Source of the DNA: Trichomonas gallinae
Lineage: Eukaryota
Length of the DNA stretch: 32,851 nucleotides
Reading direction: 5' to 3'
Assembly (NCBI GenBank): GCA_008369845.1
Contig: MRSU01003575.1
Location: 1-32,851, forward strand
This document shows positions 20,307-29,341 of this stretch, piece after piece. How positions within the stretch are numbered: position 1 is the first letter of the stretch; every line of letters begins with the position of its first letter. The notes under the pieces were generated by a model that saw only the letters and a list, made by a program, of their open reading frames with translations, had not been told where the DNA came from and searched no databases. Both the position numbers and the translations under genes were made by a program.

Positions 20307-21566
20307 TTACAAGTCCCTTCCATTGAAATTAGCAATCTTGTCCAATATGTACTTCGGGACATCAATCATGGAAATTATGCAGTTGACGAGCGTCGGAATG
20401 TCTCTGTTGACGAGCACCCCGTTCATAAACAGATAGACAAGCAAGTTGAAGTCGAACAACTTCCTCCAAGACGGGCAGTACTCGTTTTCATCGAGATATC
20501 TTCTCAAGTCCATCTTAGTGGGCGATGCATTCGGCGAAGGAAACTCGTGCGACGGAATTTTCGATTTAACACGTCTAACTCTTACAGCGCAGATGCAAAT
20601 ATTAGCGTGAGCCTTCCTGCTTTTTGCACCGTAGACTCTGACGTCTTTGTTGAATGTGATGTACTGGCTATCACCGAGTTTTGGTTCTTCTATTATCCCG
20701 AGATTTTCGAGTTTTGAAACAGCGTCCATTACTTGGAAAGCGTGCACTTCTACGTTCTCTGTACCGTTTGGGAGGACAACGAGTGTCGTGAAGTACTCTC
20801 CAAAGCGTACTTGGAAGTGTGCGGCTAATTTAAGCAAATAAGGAGGTAAAGGTAATCTTGAATCTCCTGGATGTGAAACAGCCATGCCAACGCATTGCAT
20901 GCCGAAGTTCTGCGCGATCAGACATGGCTTAAACATATCAAAATCTGAAGAAATTGTAAAATGATCTGGAGCATTGACCTGTGGAGGCTCCATTCCGCAA
21001 TGAACAGTAATCTTTCCTGTATATTTATCGACTCGTCCAAATAAAAACATTACTCTGTGAGTTGCAAATCTTTCGTTCAATGCAATTATTTGGAATCTTT
21101 TCAAAACAACATCGCCAACACGAATGGCGTATGTGCTTGATTCTGTCTGTGATATAATTTCTGGTATGTAGCTGTCACGAAGTTCGAAAAATTGAAAATT
21201 TATCGCTCTTGTACCGAAATTTTTCTGAAAATTCTTGATGTCCTCTGGTACTTGGTCGCCGCTTTTGATAAAATCGTCCAGAACGTTCGCTTTGAGCGCT
21301 CCTTGGGCGACTGGAGTATTTGGCAATCTTTCTGTGAGCAATTTGCAGTAAATGATCTCTCTGTCTTGTATACCTGCACCATCTACTGTATTTTTGTTGT
21401 CAATTCTGCCGTCGTAGCCATTTTGAGAAAGTGATTGGAATAAAGCCAAGTATTGAGGCTCAATTTTAATCCTCTCCGAAAGCTTCGTACGAACAGACTC
21501 TATTGATTCGTCAGGTTCGACATCCAGTTTCACCATACCACGCGGCCACTGGATACCAATTTTCAT
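20307..21566 (-). CDS. NPL4: NPL4-family p97/Cdc48 cofactor (ubiquitin-like N-domain plus MPN-like domain), 419 aa
   Basis: N-terminal UBL-like segment, then RVMFLFGR, EPPQ, CVGMAVSH, FTTLVV, VHAFQV, HEFP and KLFDFNLLVYL, collinear with the Npl4 motifs RxGfmYG, YEPPQ, VGwIFT, FVTxVV, eayQVS, FP and lsDFHLLlyL. Confidence 0.8.
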   Translation of the reverse strand: MKIGIQWPRGMVKLDVEPDESIESVRTKLSERIKIEPQYLALFQSLSQNGYDGRIDNKNTVDGAGIQDREIIYCKLLTERLPNTPVAQGALKANVLDDFIKSGDQVPEDIKNFQKNFGTRAINFQFFELRDSYIPEIISQTESSTYAIRVGDVVLKRFQIIALNERFATHRVMFLFGRVDKYTGKITVHCGMEPPQVNAPDHFTISSDFDMFKPCLIAQNFGMQCVGMAVSHPGDSRLPLPPYLLKLAAHFQVRFGEYFTTLVVLPNGTENVEVHAFQVMDAVSKLENLGIIEEPKLGDSQYITFNKDVRVYGAKSRKAHANICICAVRVRRVKSKIPSHEFPSPNASPTKMDLRRYLDENEYCPSWRKLFDFNLLVYLFMNGVLVNRDIPTLVNCIISMIDVPKYILDKIANFNGRDL

Positions 21567-22094
21567 TCTGACAAAAAAATTATTTGCTTTCTGAAAATTT
21601 CATTATATTTCAATCATATTTATGATGTACTACAGATTCGATTGAAATTTTGAAAATTTGTCAAATAAATTGAAAATTTTTGATATTTGTCAGATTTTTT
21701 CTTTTAGTTTTTATTTCAACAACAAATTATATTTAAAACAAGACACACTTCATAACAAGTTATATGATACAAAAATAATGAATTGCATAAGTTACATTGA
21801 TAAAATACCAAAATCAAACTATAAATTGTTCATTCAATGATTGCTAAATACTCCAGTCATCCAATATGTGCAAAAAACGAAAATTTTTGTCAATTTTACC
21901 ATAAGTTATGACAAAATACTAAAGAACATCAATTTCTCTAAAGAAAAATATCAAATCTCAATGTGAAAATGTAGATTTTTATCTATATGAGATCAACCTT
22001 CTTTGTGTACGTCAGTATCCAAACTCATATGTGGCAAACATTTCAAATATCAATATCAAGACTCATGAAATGATTTGAAAGTGATGAATTTAAA

Positions 22095-22137
22095 TTTGAC
22101 ATGTAAAATGTAAAGTGTCAAAATATGTAAAAGTGTC
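22095..22137 (+). promoter_or_regulatory. TTTGACATGTAAA(ATGTAAA)GTGTCAAA upstream module with an extra ATGTAAAAGTGTC copy
   Basis: Lies 16-58 bp upstream of the ATG at 22153. Near-identical to the module upstream of the Rab gene (32655-32675, minus strand). Confidence 0.55.
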
Positions 22138-22152
22138 TAAATCTTTAAAAAT

Positions 22153-24678
22153 ATGGATAATCATGGAATTCTGTCTGCTGTTGAGAAACTGACCAGCCAG
22201 AATCCTGATGATATAAATGAAGCAAATACTTACTTCGAAGAAAGAATTCAAAATGATCCTGTTGAGTTTTTATTCGAATCAAATGTTATTTTTAAGTCAT
22301 CGCAAGGAAATAACTTTCAAAAGACAGTAAATTCAAGAATTAATGTAGATAATCATATTTTTGTCCAGATGGGACCAGCAATTAAATCAATGTTACTAAA
22401 TATAGATAATTCGCGAAAATCTTGGAACCAACATACAGATGAATCACGTGAAAGCTTGATATCTGACTTTTATAGTTATTTACAGTATAAAGAAGAATAT
22501 ATTATTGCAAGTATTCCAACATTTCTTACAAATTTCCTTTCATTCCTCTTAGAAGTCGAAGAAATCGAATTATTTACATTCAAATTTAACTCAGACTGGA
22601 GAGTCAAAATTACAGGATATTCAAGACTTTTAGAACCAACAAAATCAGTCTTATTGTTCTTCTCAGAAGCATTGAAAAATGGAATTATTAACGAAAAAGA
22701 TCCAATGTATAAGCTTTCAATAATGAAATTATACGAATTTTATAATACGGCACTTTCATTAGATGCAGATTCCGATTTTCGCCTTTCTGCGCTCAGATGC
22801 ATACAAGAAAACCTTTATACATTTGATTCAATTCTAAATCATCCAAAACTTGGCCAAGAATCGTTAAATATGCTTTTCACTAATATACATAACTTCATAG
22901 AGTCAGCAACAGTATATATTGACGATGATATTTATAAATTTTACAGAAAATTCATTAAATTAAATTATAATTTGATTGGAAATCATATTAGATACATATA
23001 TAGTAACCTCAAGAAACACATTATTCAAGGAACAAAAACTTATTCATACGACAACCCAGCTGGTGCAAAACTATATAATGATATCAAGAAAATGAAATCT
23101 GCATTAATTTTTTGGTCGAAAGTTGCAGATATTGAGCTTGAATTACGCAACAGGAAATACAGTGGTGATAGTTCCGTTAAACTTCAGAACTTTATCCTTG
23201 GAAGTCAAGAAGAAATCATGGATTTGATTTTTAATTTGCTGAAAAAGAATGATCCCCCACAATCTGATGTATATATTATAGAATCAGACATGCCTGAATC
23301 TATTGCATTAGAGTTAATGATGAAAATGTTCGCTTTAGAACCAAAATTGATTTTTGAAAATGTTTATACTAAGATTTCATCATATCCGTCAACAACAGAT
23401 GCAAAATATAACTATGCATGCACGCTTCTTTTATCTGCTTTTGTTCATAAGTCAGAGAAAGCAGATATTAAAAAATTTTTCATCGACAAGATTATTCCTT
23501 TATGCGAGAATGCTCATATTAAGAACATGACAATGCGATATTCGACTTTATTAGCAATTTCCACAATTGTTGGAACATATCCGAATTTATTCCGAGAAAA
23601 TCTCGATATGATTCAGACATTTATCAATTTATATGAACAACAGGTTAAATCTCCAAACGCAAGAATTGTGAGTCTCGCGCTATATATATTATCAATAGTT
23701 TTATTTTCATCACCTTCTGAACAAATTAGAGCTTCGATTGATTTACGTGATTTAACTGAATCACTGTTTGCAATAAACAGAAAAGACAACGATGTTTGCA
23801 AGTATGTCGTTGAATGTTTAATTGCAATTTTCGGGATTTCGAATGACGACGATAGATTGCTTATTTGGACTGAAATACTTCAAATTAAGGAACATCCGAT
23901 GCACGTGTGCAGTGCTTTGATATTATTTGGCAATTTTCAACCTCCTTTAGATATTCTTGAACAAAGCGTTGATTTTTTGGTCAAAGAAGCCGAGAATTCG
24001 CTATGTGAAGAATCATTTATCGCATTGGTTAAAATGCTTCCTAAAATTACCAATGAATTATCAGATAGAATTATTCCGCAGATTTTAACTATAATAGAAA
24101 CAGCAATTGAGTCAGGAGACAAAAATACCATTGAAGCTCCAGAATTACTCCTCGGTTTCATCGCTGTTAACTATAGTAATCACTTCGCATCACACGCAAA
24201 AATTATTATTGAAAAATTGGTTGCTAATTTAAGGAATGAAAGCTTGTTGGTTGATTCATATATATCTACTATAGCTGTTTTATGCGACATTTGTCAGGAT
24301 TCTTATAACGAAATCAAAAATTATGAATTATTTTTGTCGAATTTAATTCTTAATTTGTGCGAAACGAATCCAGTTGAGCCTCTACTTGATGCAGCGTTCT
24401 CATTGCTTAGTTTTATCTTACAGAAAAGCACAGAAGTCGGAAAACAAGTTTACAAGCGTGTTTTCAAGGTAATTAACGCAATGTTTGCTGGTAAGATATA
24501 TGCAGACCAAATTGCACAGTCTATAATCAATATTTTGCTGAATCTGCTTGAAAATTATTACAATCAGACAAGTTTCTTGATGATGAACGAATCAATTTCA
24601 TGGCTCGCAAAAACTGCTTTCAACAGCAACGACAAAATCCTTTCTAAAGCAGCAGAAGAGCTTCTTCAAAGGATATGA
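22153..24678 (+). CDS. Importin-beta/karyopherin-like HEAT-repeat protein (841 aa), divergent
   Basis: All-helical protein of about 840 aa. The N-terminus resembles IBN_N (SQNPDDINEANTYFEE), and ALIFWSKVADIELE resembles importin-beta1 AIEFWSTICEEE. Confidence 0.65.
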   Translation: MDNHGILSAVEKLTSQNPDDINEANTYFEERIQNDPVEFLFESNVIFKSSQGNNFQKTVNSRINVDNHIFVQMGPAIKSMLLNIDNSRKSWNQHTDESRESLISDFYSYLQYKEEYIIASIPTFLTNFLSFLLEVEEIELFTFKFNSDWRVKITGYSRLLEPTKSVLLFFSEALKNGIINEKDPMYKLSIMKLYEFYNTALSLDADSDFRLSALRCIQENLYTFDSILNHPKLGQESLNMLFTNIHNFIESATVYIDDDIYKFYRKFIKLNYNLIGNHIRYIYSNLKKHIIQGTKTYSYDNPAGAKLYNDIKKMKSALIFWSKVADIELELRNRKYSGDSSVKLQNFILGSQEEIMDLIFNLLKKNDPPQSDVYIIESDMPESIALELMMKMFALEPKLIFENVYTKISSYPSTTDAKYNYACTLLLSAFVHKSEKADIKKFFIDKIIPLCENAHIKNMTMRYSTLLAISTIVGTYPNLFRENLDMIQTFINLYEQQVKSPNARIVSLALYILSIVLFSSPSEQIRASIDLRDLTESLFAINRKDNDVCKYVVECLIAIFGISNDDDRLLIWTEILQIKEHPMHVCSALILFGNFQPPLDILEQSVDFLVKEAENSLCEESFIALVKMLPKITNELSDRIIPQILTIIETAIESGDKNTIEAPELLLGFIAVNYSNHFASHAKIIIEKLVANLRNESLLVDSYISTIAVLCDICQDSYNEIKNYELFLSNLILNLCETNPVEPLLDAAFSLLSFILQKSTEVGKQVYKRVFKVINAMFAGKIYADQIAQSIINILLNLLENYYNQTSFLMMNESISWLAKTAFNSNDKILSKAAEELLQRI

Positions 24679-25117
24679 ATATATTAGTTGTTAATTTTTA
24701 TTTATTCATAAATTATGTTTGTAAATTACCTAAAATATATTATTTCATTCATCGATCATTGATATCTATAATTGATTACAAATATAAAAAATTAGTCAAA
24801 ATGATAAATTTAATATTGAAAAAATTTAAAAATGATTTCATGATCAAAACCTTTCTATATCATTATCAACTATTGTATTTATAATGATTGCTATGAGAAT
24901 GATTCAATAAATCGATAAATTATATCAAAAATAAAATCTTCTTACTTATTTATAGAATTTCAAGTTATATATCATAACTTTACATACAAAAGTTATAAAA
25001 TGCTTTGTTATTTTTTGGATATTATAAGATTTGATAATTTAAAAAAATAAATCTTAAGATTTTCGAGCAAAAAGTTTAAATTTATCTTTTAGAAGATGAA
25101 TAGGTTCTAAATTTAAA

Positions 25118-25161
25118 TTGGCGGGAATAATTTTGATGTGAAAAATTTTTGGCGCCAAAAA
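25118..25161. promoter_or_regulatory. Two E2F/DP-type sites upstream of SMC3
   Basis: TTGGCGGGAA (25118-25127) and the perfect palindrome TTTTTGGCGCCAAAAA (25146-25161) sit in otherwise very AT-rich DNA, 12-55 bp before the ATG. Confidence 0.6.
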
Positions 25162-25172
25162 AATTAAAATAA

Positions 25173-28100
25173 ATGTTTATAAAGAAAGTTATTATTAACG
25201 GATTCAAAGCCTATGCGGACTCCGTTTCATTTGGTCCATTCTCGCCCGGGAAGAACTGTATCCTTGGTCTTAATGGATCCGGAAAAACTACATTATTTCA
25301 GGCGATTGAATTCGTATTATTAGAAAGTCATGCTATACTCCCTGTTAAATCTAGGACAAATCTACTGCATAACGGTACAACACAGAAGAATCGCGCGTTT
25401 GTTGAGATACATTTCGATAATTCTAAAAAAATTTTTCCAATTGAAGCACAAGAATTTTCAATACGACGTGAAATCGGTATCCAAAAGGACGAATACTTCA
25501 TAAATCGCAAACATTCATCGAGAAATGATGTTGTCGCCTTGTTTAATTCTGCGAATATATCTTTACAAAACGAAACATTCATTATAAAACAAAATAAAGT
25601 CAAAAGCGTTGCTGAAATGAGTGATGAGGATCGATTGTGCTTACTTTATGATATATCTGGCATTCAAGTTTACTCTGATAAAAGACAAGAGTCCGTTAAA
25701 CTCATTGCTGAAGCAGATGAGCGACGCAAAAAGATAGGAGAGAGCATAGAATACATAGAATACAGGATAGAACAGCTAGAAAAAGAGAAAGAAGAGCTAG
25801 AGCAATTTCATCAATTAGATAAAGAGCGAAAAGCACTAGAATACATAGTATACGACAGACAAATCAAAGAAGCAGAGACTCAGCTACAAAGCATAAACGA
25901 TATCAGATCAAATCAAAGCACAGTATTAGAAGAATTACGAAATAACTACGACGAAGTCTCAAACTCGATTAACACAATAAACACAAGCATAGAGAGATCC
26001 ACTACATCGCAGATATCAATGCAATCGTCAATAAACTCAATGAGCGAGTCCAGACAAAAAATTTTAACAAAAATCGAAAATTTCGGGCTGAAAGTCGAAT
26101 CTCTTAAAGCGAAACTGGCGAAATCCAATGAAGAACAACACAGCATTCCAGAAGAGATTAAAGCATTAAGACAGAAAATAGAAGAAAGCGAAAGGAAAAA
26201 ATATGAAATGAAAGAAGATTTGTTGAACAAAAAATCTGAAATTGGCGAACTCAGCGCCAAGATATTTAAAGGCAGCAATGATATAAAGAAGAAGGTCAAC
26301 CAGCTGAAGTTCCAGGTGGAGGCAAACGAGAAGCATATTCATGAGATAAACCAGAAAATCAGCAAAAACAAAAGCGAAATCGTTGAAATTGAAAAACAAA
26401 TTTTAGAAGAAAAGAAAAAACATCAAACGAAAATGGAAGAAGTAGAAGCTGCAAAAGCTGTAAAATACGATGCCCTTAATGCTAGAAAACAATTTTGGCA
26501 CGAAGAATCGTCAACACAGAAAAAATTACAAATCGCGATGAAATCTTTTAACGAATACAAGCAAAAATACGCTCAAAGGATGGAAAACATGGATGGAATA
26601 AATATTGCGAAGTCATCAGGCATAGAAGGCATCCATGGTCCATTAATTGATTTAATTTCGTTGAAAGACAGCGAAGAAAACTGGGGAGACATCGCGCCTG
26701 CTATAGATGCTGTTGGAGGAAGAAGGATATTCTGTATGATCGCTGAAGATGACGAAAAAGCCAAAAAATTAAATCAAATTTTATCAAACGGTCAGCATGG
26801 AAGTGTTCAGATAATGGTTTTGAACAGATTGAGGACGTCAACTAAACAAATACCAACAACTGGGCAAATGCGCCCATTAATGAGTTTCATTTCGATTGAT
26901 GACAAGTTTAAAAAGGCTGCAGAGCTGATTTTCGGTAGCTATGGGCTTTGTCCGACTCTAGATGCTGCGATAGACGAGTCAGAGACGAACAAAGTCAATA
27001 CAGTAACTGTTGGAGGCGACATCAATATTTATAATGGAGTAATGAAGGGTGGATATAGAAATCCACTTCACTCTGCTCCTATTTTGCATTTCAATTTGAT
27101 GAAATTAGAGAAAGAACTCAAAAATATACAAAATGAGTTAAATATATCTCAAGAAAAAATTTCTGATGCAGAAAACAACATTTCTGAGGCGTCAAAGCAC
27201 CAAAATGAGGCTGAAAATGCTGCATCCGAAATCAAAGATAGAATTGCTGCGCTTAAAATGAAATCTGAAGAATTAAAACTTCAAAACAGCCAATACAAAG
27301 CAGATCTCGATTCAAAGAAGGCTAAACATATTATTCTGCAGTCAGATTTAGCTCAAGCAAAAGGTGAGTTAAATTCTGAATATTCCGAAGTAAATGAGCA
27401 AGATATCGCAGAAATTTCCGAAAAACTAGCTTTGTTGTCAGGTGAGTCAACTGACCTGCAGCTAAAAATCGGCTCAATGGATTCGCATATCGAATCAATC
27501 AAAGATAAAATAGAAAAGCTTCAATCACAAATAATAGACGTGTCAGATGTCACGAAACAAATCGATAAATACTTGTTCGACATAGAATGCATGAAATCGC
27601 AAGAAGAAGACTTAAAAATGAAAATCGACGAAACTGTTGATAAAGTTACAAATGAAAAGGAAGAAATAAACCTTAAGCAAAAAGAGTTGTCTGATCTACT
27701 CAAACAGCAGCAGGACCTTAAAAGGAAGATCAGGCATCAGCAGAACGCATTCGAGAACCTGAATACACAAGCAACAATACAATCACGAATTATTGCGGAT
27801 TCAACTGAAAGAAAGAATTTCATTGTTCCTGTTCCAGAAGAAGAAATAGAAAAATACTCTGATCACTCGAATACAAGGATCCACGAAATACTATCGTCAA
27901 TAAATTCGGAGTTACAACTTTATCGTCACGTAAATAAAAAAGCGGACGAGCAAACCAACAGATTCCAAGTCCACAGGGATGATTTGAAGCGGCAAATATC
28001 AGAATCTGATGAAAACAGAGCTTCTCTAATTAGCCTCATTTCAGAATTAGACAATAAAAAGCAAACAGCTTTCGAGGCATTTTTTGCCAAACTGTCACTT

Positions 28101-28595
28101 CACTTCAAAAACATATATCACACGCTTGAGCCTTCACGAAATGCACAGCTTGTTTTGCAGAGGGAGTCAAGCAATTCAGATGAGCCAACAGCGCTGAAAG
28201 GCGTCGCGATAAGATTCGATGATTTCTTCATGGAACAATTGAGCGGCGGACAGAAAACTGTTTGCGCTGTTGCTTTTCTAATGGCAATACAGAAAACTAC
28301 ACCTATGCCTTTCTATCTTTTCGATGAAATAGATGCTGACTTGGATCCACAGCATCGAAAGAACATTGCAAATATAATCAATGAGTTTTCCATGCCTGAA
28401 GATGGAACTGAACCATCGCAATTTATTTTTTCGACGTTTAAACCTGAGCTTGTTGAGATTTCTGACAAATTCTTCGGAATCAAGTCGCAGAATGATAAAA
28501 GCATCGTTGAAGAGCTGCGTCTTGAAGATGCAATCGAATTCATTTCAAATGATCAGCCAAATGAACCAATAATAGATGATAATAATAGTCCATAA
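25173..28595 (+). CDS. SMC3: Cohesin subunit SMC3 (1140 aa)
   Basis: N-terminal GFKAY, Walker A GLNGSGKT, RREIGIQKDEY, hinge GIHGPLIDLI and Gx6Gx3GG (GDINIYNGVMKGGY), signature LSGGQKTVCA, Walker B PFYLFDEID and QFIFSTFKPEL, all typical of Smc3. Confidence 0.9.
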   Translation: MFIKKVIINGFKAYADSVSFGPFSPGKNCILGLNGSGKTTLFQAIEFVLLESHAILPVKSRTNLLHNGTTQKNRAFVEIHFDNSKKIFPIEAQEFSIRREIGIQKDEYFINRKHSSRNDVVALFNSANISLQNETFIIKQNKVKSVAEMSDEDRLCLLYDISGIQVYSDKRQESVKLIAEADERRKKIGESIEYIEYRIEQLEKEKEELEQFHQLDKERKALEYIVYDRQIKEAETQLQSINDIRSNQSTVLEELRNNYDEVSNSINTINTSIERSTTSQISMQSSINSMSESRQKILTKIENFGLKVESLKAKLAKSNEEQHSIPEEIKALRQKIEESERKKYEMKEDLLNKKSEIGELSAKIFKGSNDIKKKVNQLKFQVEANEKHIHEINQKISKNKSEIVEIEKQILEEKKKHQTKMEEVEAAKAVKYDALNARKQFWHEESSTQKKLQIAMKSFNEYKQKYAQRMENMDGINIAKSSGIEGIHGPLIDLISLKDSEENWGDIAPAIDAVGGRRIFCMIAEDDEKAKKLNQILSNGQHGSVQIMVLNRLRTSTKQIPTTGQMRPLMSFISIDDKFKKAAELIFGSYGLCPTLDAAIDESETNKVNTVTVGGDINIYNGVMKGGYRNPLHSAPILHFNLMKLEKELKNIQNELNISQEKISDAENNISEASKHQNEAENAASEIKDRIAALKMKSEELKLQNSQYKADLDSKKAKHIILQSDLAQAKGELNSEYSEVNEQDIAEISEKLALLSGESTDLQLKIGSMDSHIESIKDKIEKLQSQIIDVSDVTKQIDKYLFDIECMKSQEEDLKMKIDETVDKVTNEKEEINLKQKELSDLLKQQQDLKRKIRHQQNAFENLNTQATIQSRIIADSTERKNFIVPVPEEEIEKYSDHSNTRIHEILSSINSELQLYRHVNKKADEQTNRFQVHRDDLKRQISESDENRASLISLISELDNKKQTAFEAFFAKLSLHFKNIYHTLEPSRNAQLVLQRESSNSDEPTALKGVAIRFDDFFMEQLSGGQKTVCAVAFLMAIQKTTPMPFYLFDEIDADLDPQHRKNIANIINEFSMPEDGTEPSQFIFSTFKPELVEISDKFFGIKSQNDKSIVEELRLEDAIEFISNDQPNEPIIDDNNSP

Positions 28596-29341
28596 TTTGT
28601 TTTTAATAAATATATTTGTTTATTCTGTTTGTTTCATCAATATATTTTTTAGATTTTTATTTCTAAAATATTATAAAATTTCTCAATTTGAAATAGAATT
28701 ATATTCCGATGTACTTTGTTTTCTTTGCATTAGTATTGCTCTAAATGATTAATGATATGAAAAAAATTAAATATCTTTAGTATTATAATGGTAAATAAGA
28801 AATTTTGTAAAATCTTTTAAGACTTTATCGCAAGTATCAGCAAATACGAACATCAAAAAAATTCCATTGGCTTATTATAAAAATTGATGAAATGATTATT
28901 GAAATCCAATTTGATTAGGAGCTATAAATATAAGCTTTAATAGAGTAAGGTTTATTTTTAGAATGATGAATAATAAGAACAAATAATATTTTGATATATT
29001 AAAATTCATTCGCTGTTTGATTAAGTTGGACTGAATAAATAGCATATTTGTGTCAATATAATGTTATTTATATGATTTATGGCCAATTCGATCAGGATTG
29101 TTTGACAAAACATTGAAATTCATATATGGATAAAATAAATAGCGTGTTTGCACGAAAAGGAAATAATTTCCAAGTTTACACGAGAATCTGACGATGTTTT
29201 TTACAGTAAACATTACATTTACAAAAAAAATTTTCGAATTTCACACGAAAAACATGCTTTTTAGGCTATAAAGATGATAAAACGAAGGCAAAAAACGAAA
29301 AAAATTAACCTTGATATCGGATTCCTTCAACTTCCTAAAAA

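Noticed and set aside
18314..24884. Short intergenic ORFs 18314-18511, 20038-20220, 21658-21840 and 24675-24884
   Set aside because: F/I/K/N-rich translations expected by chance from very AT-rich DNA.
700..28572. Numerous 60-200 aa ORFs overlapping the large genes (e.g. 14184-14798, 13764-14147, 16930-17355, 12757-13119, 25946-26299)
   Set aside because: Shadow or alternate-frame ORFs of real genes, with no recognisable motifs.
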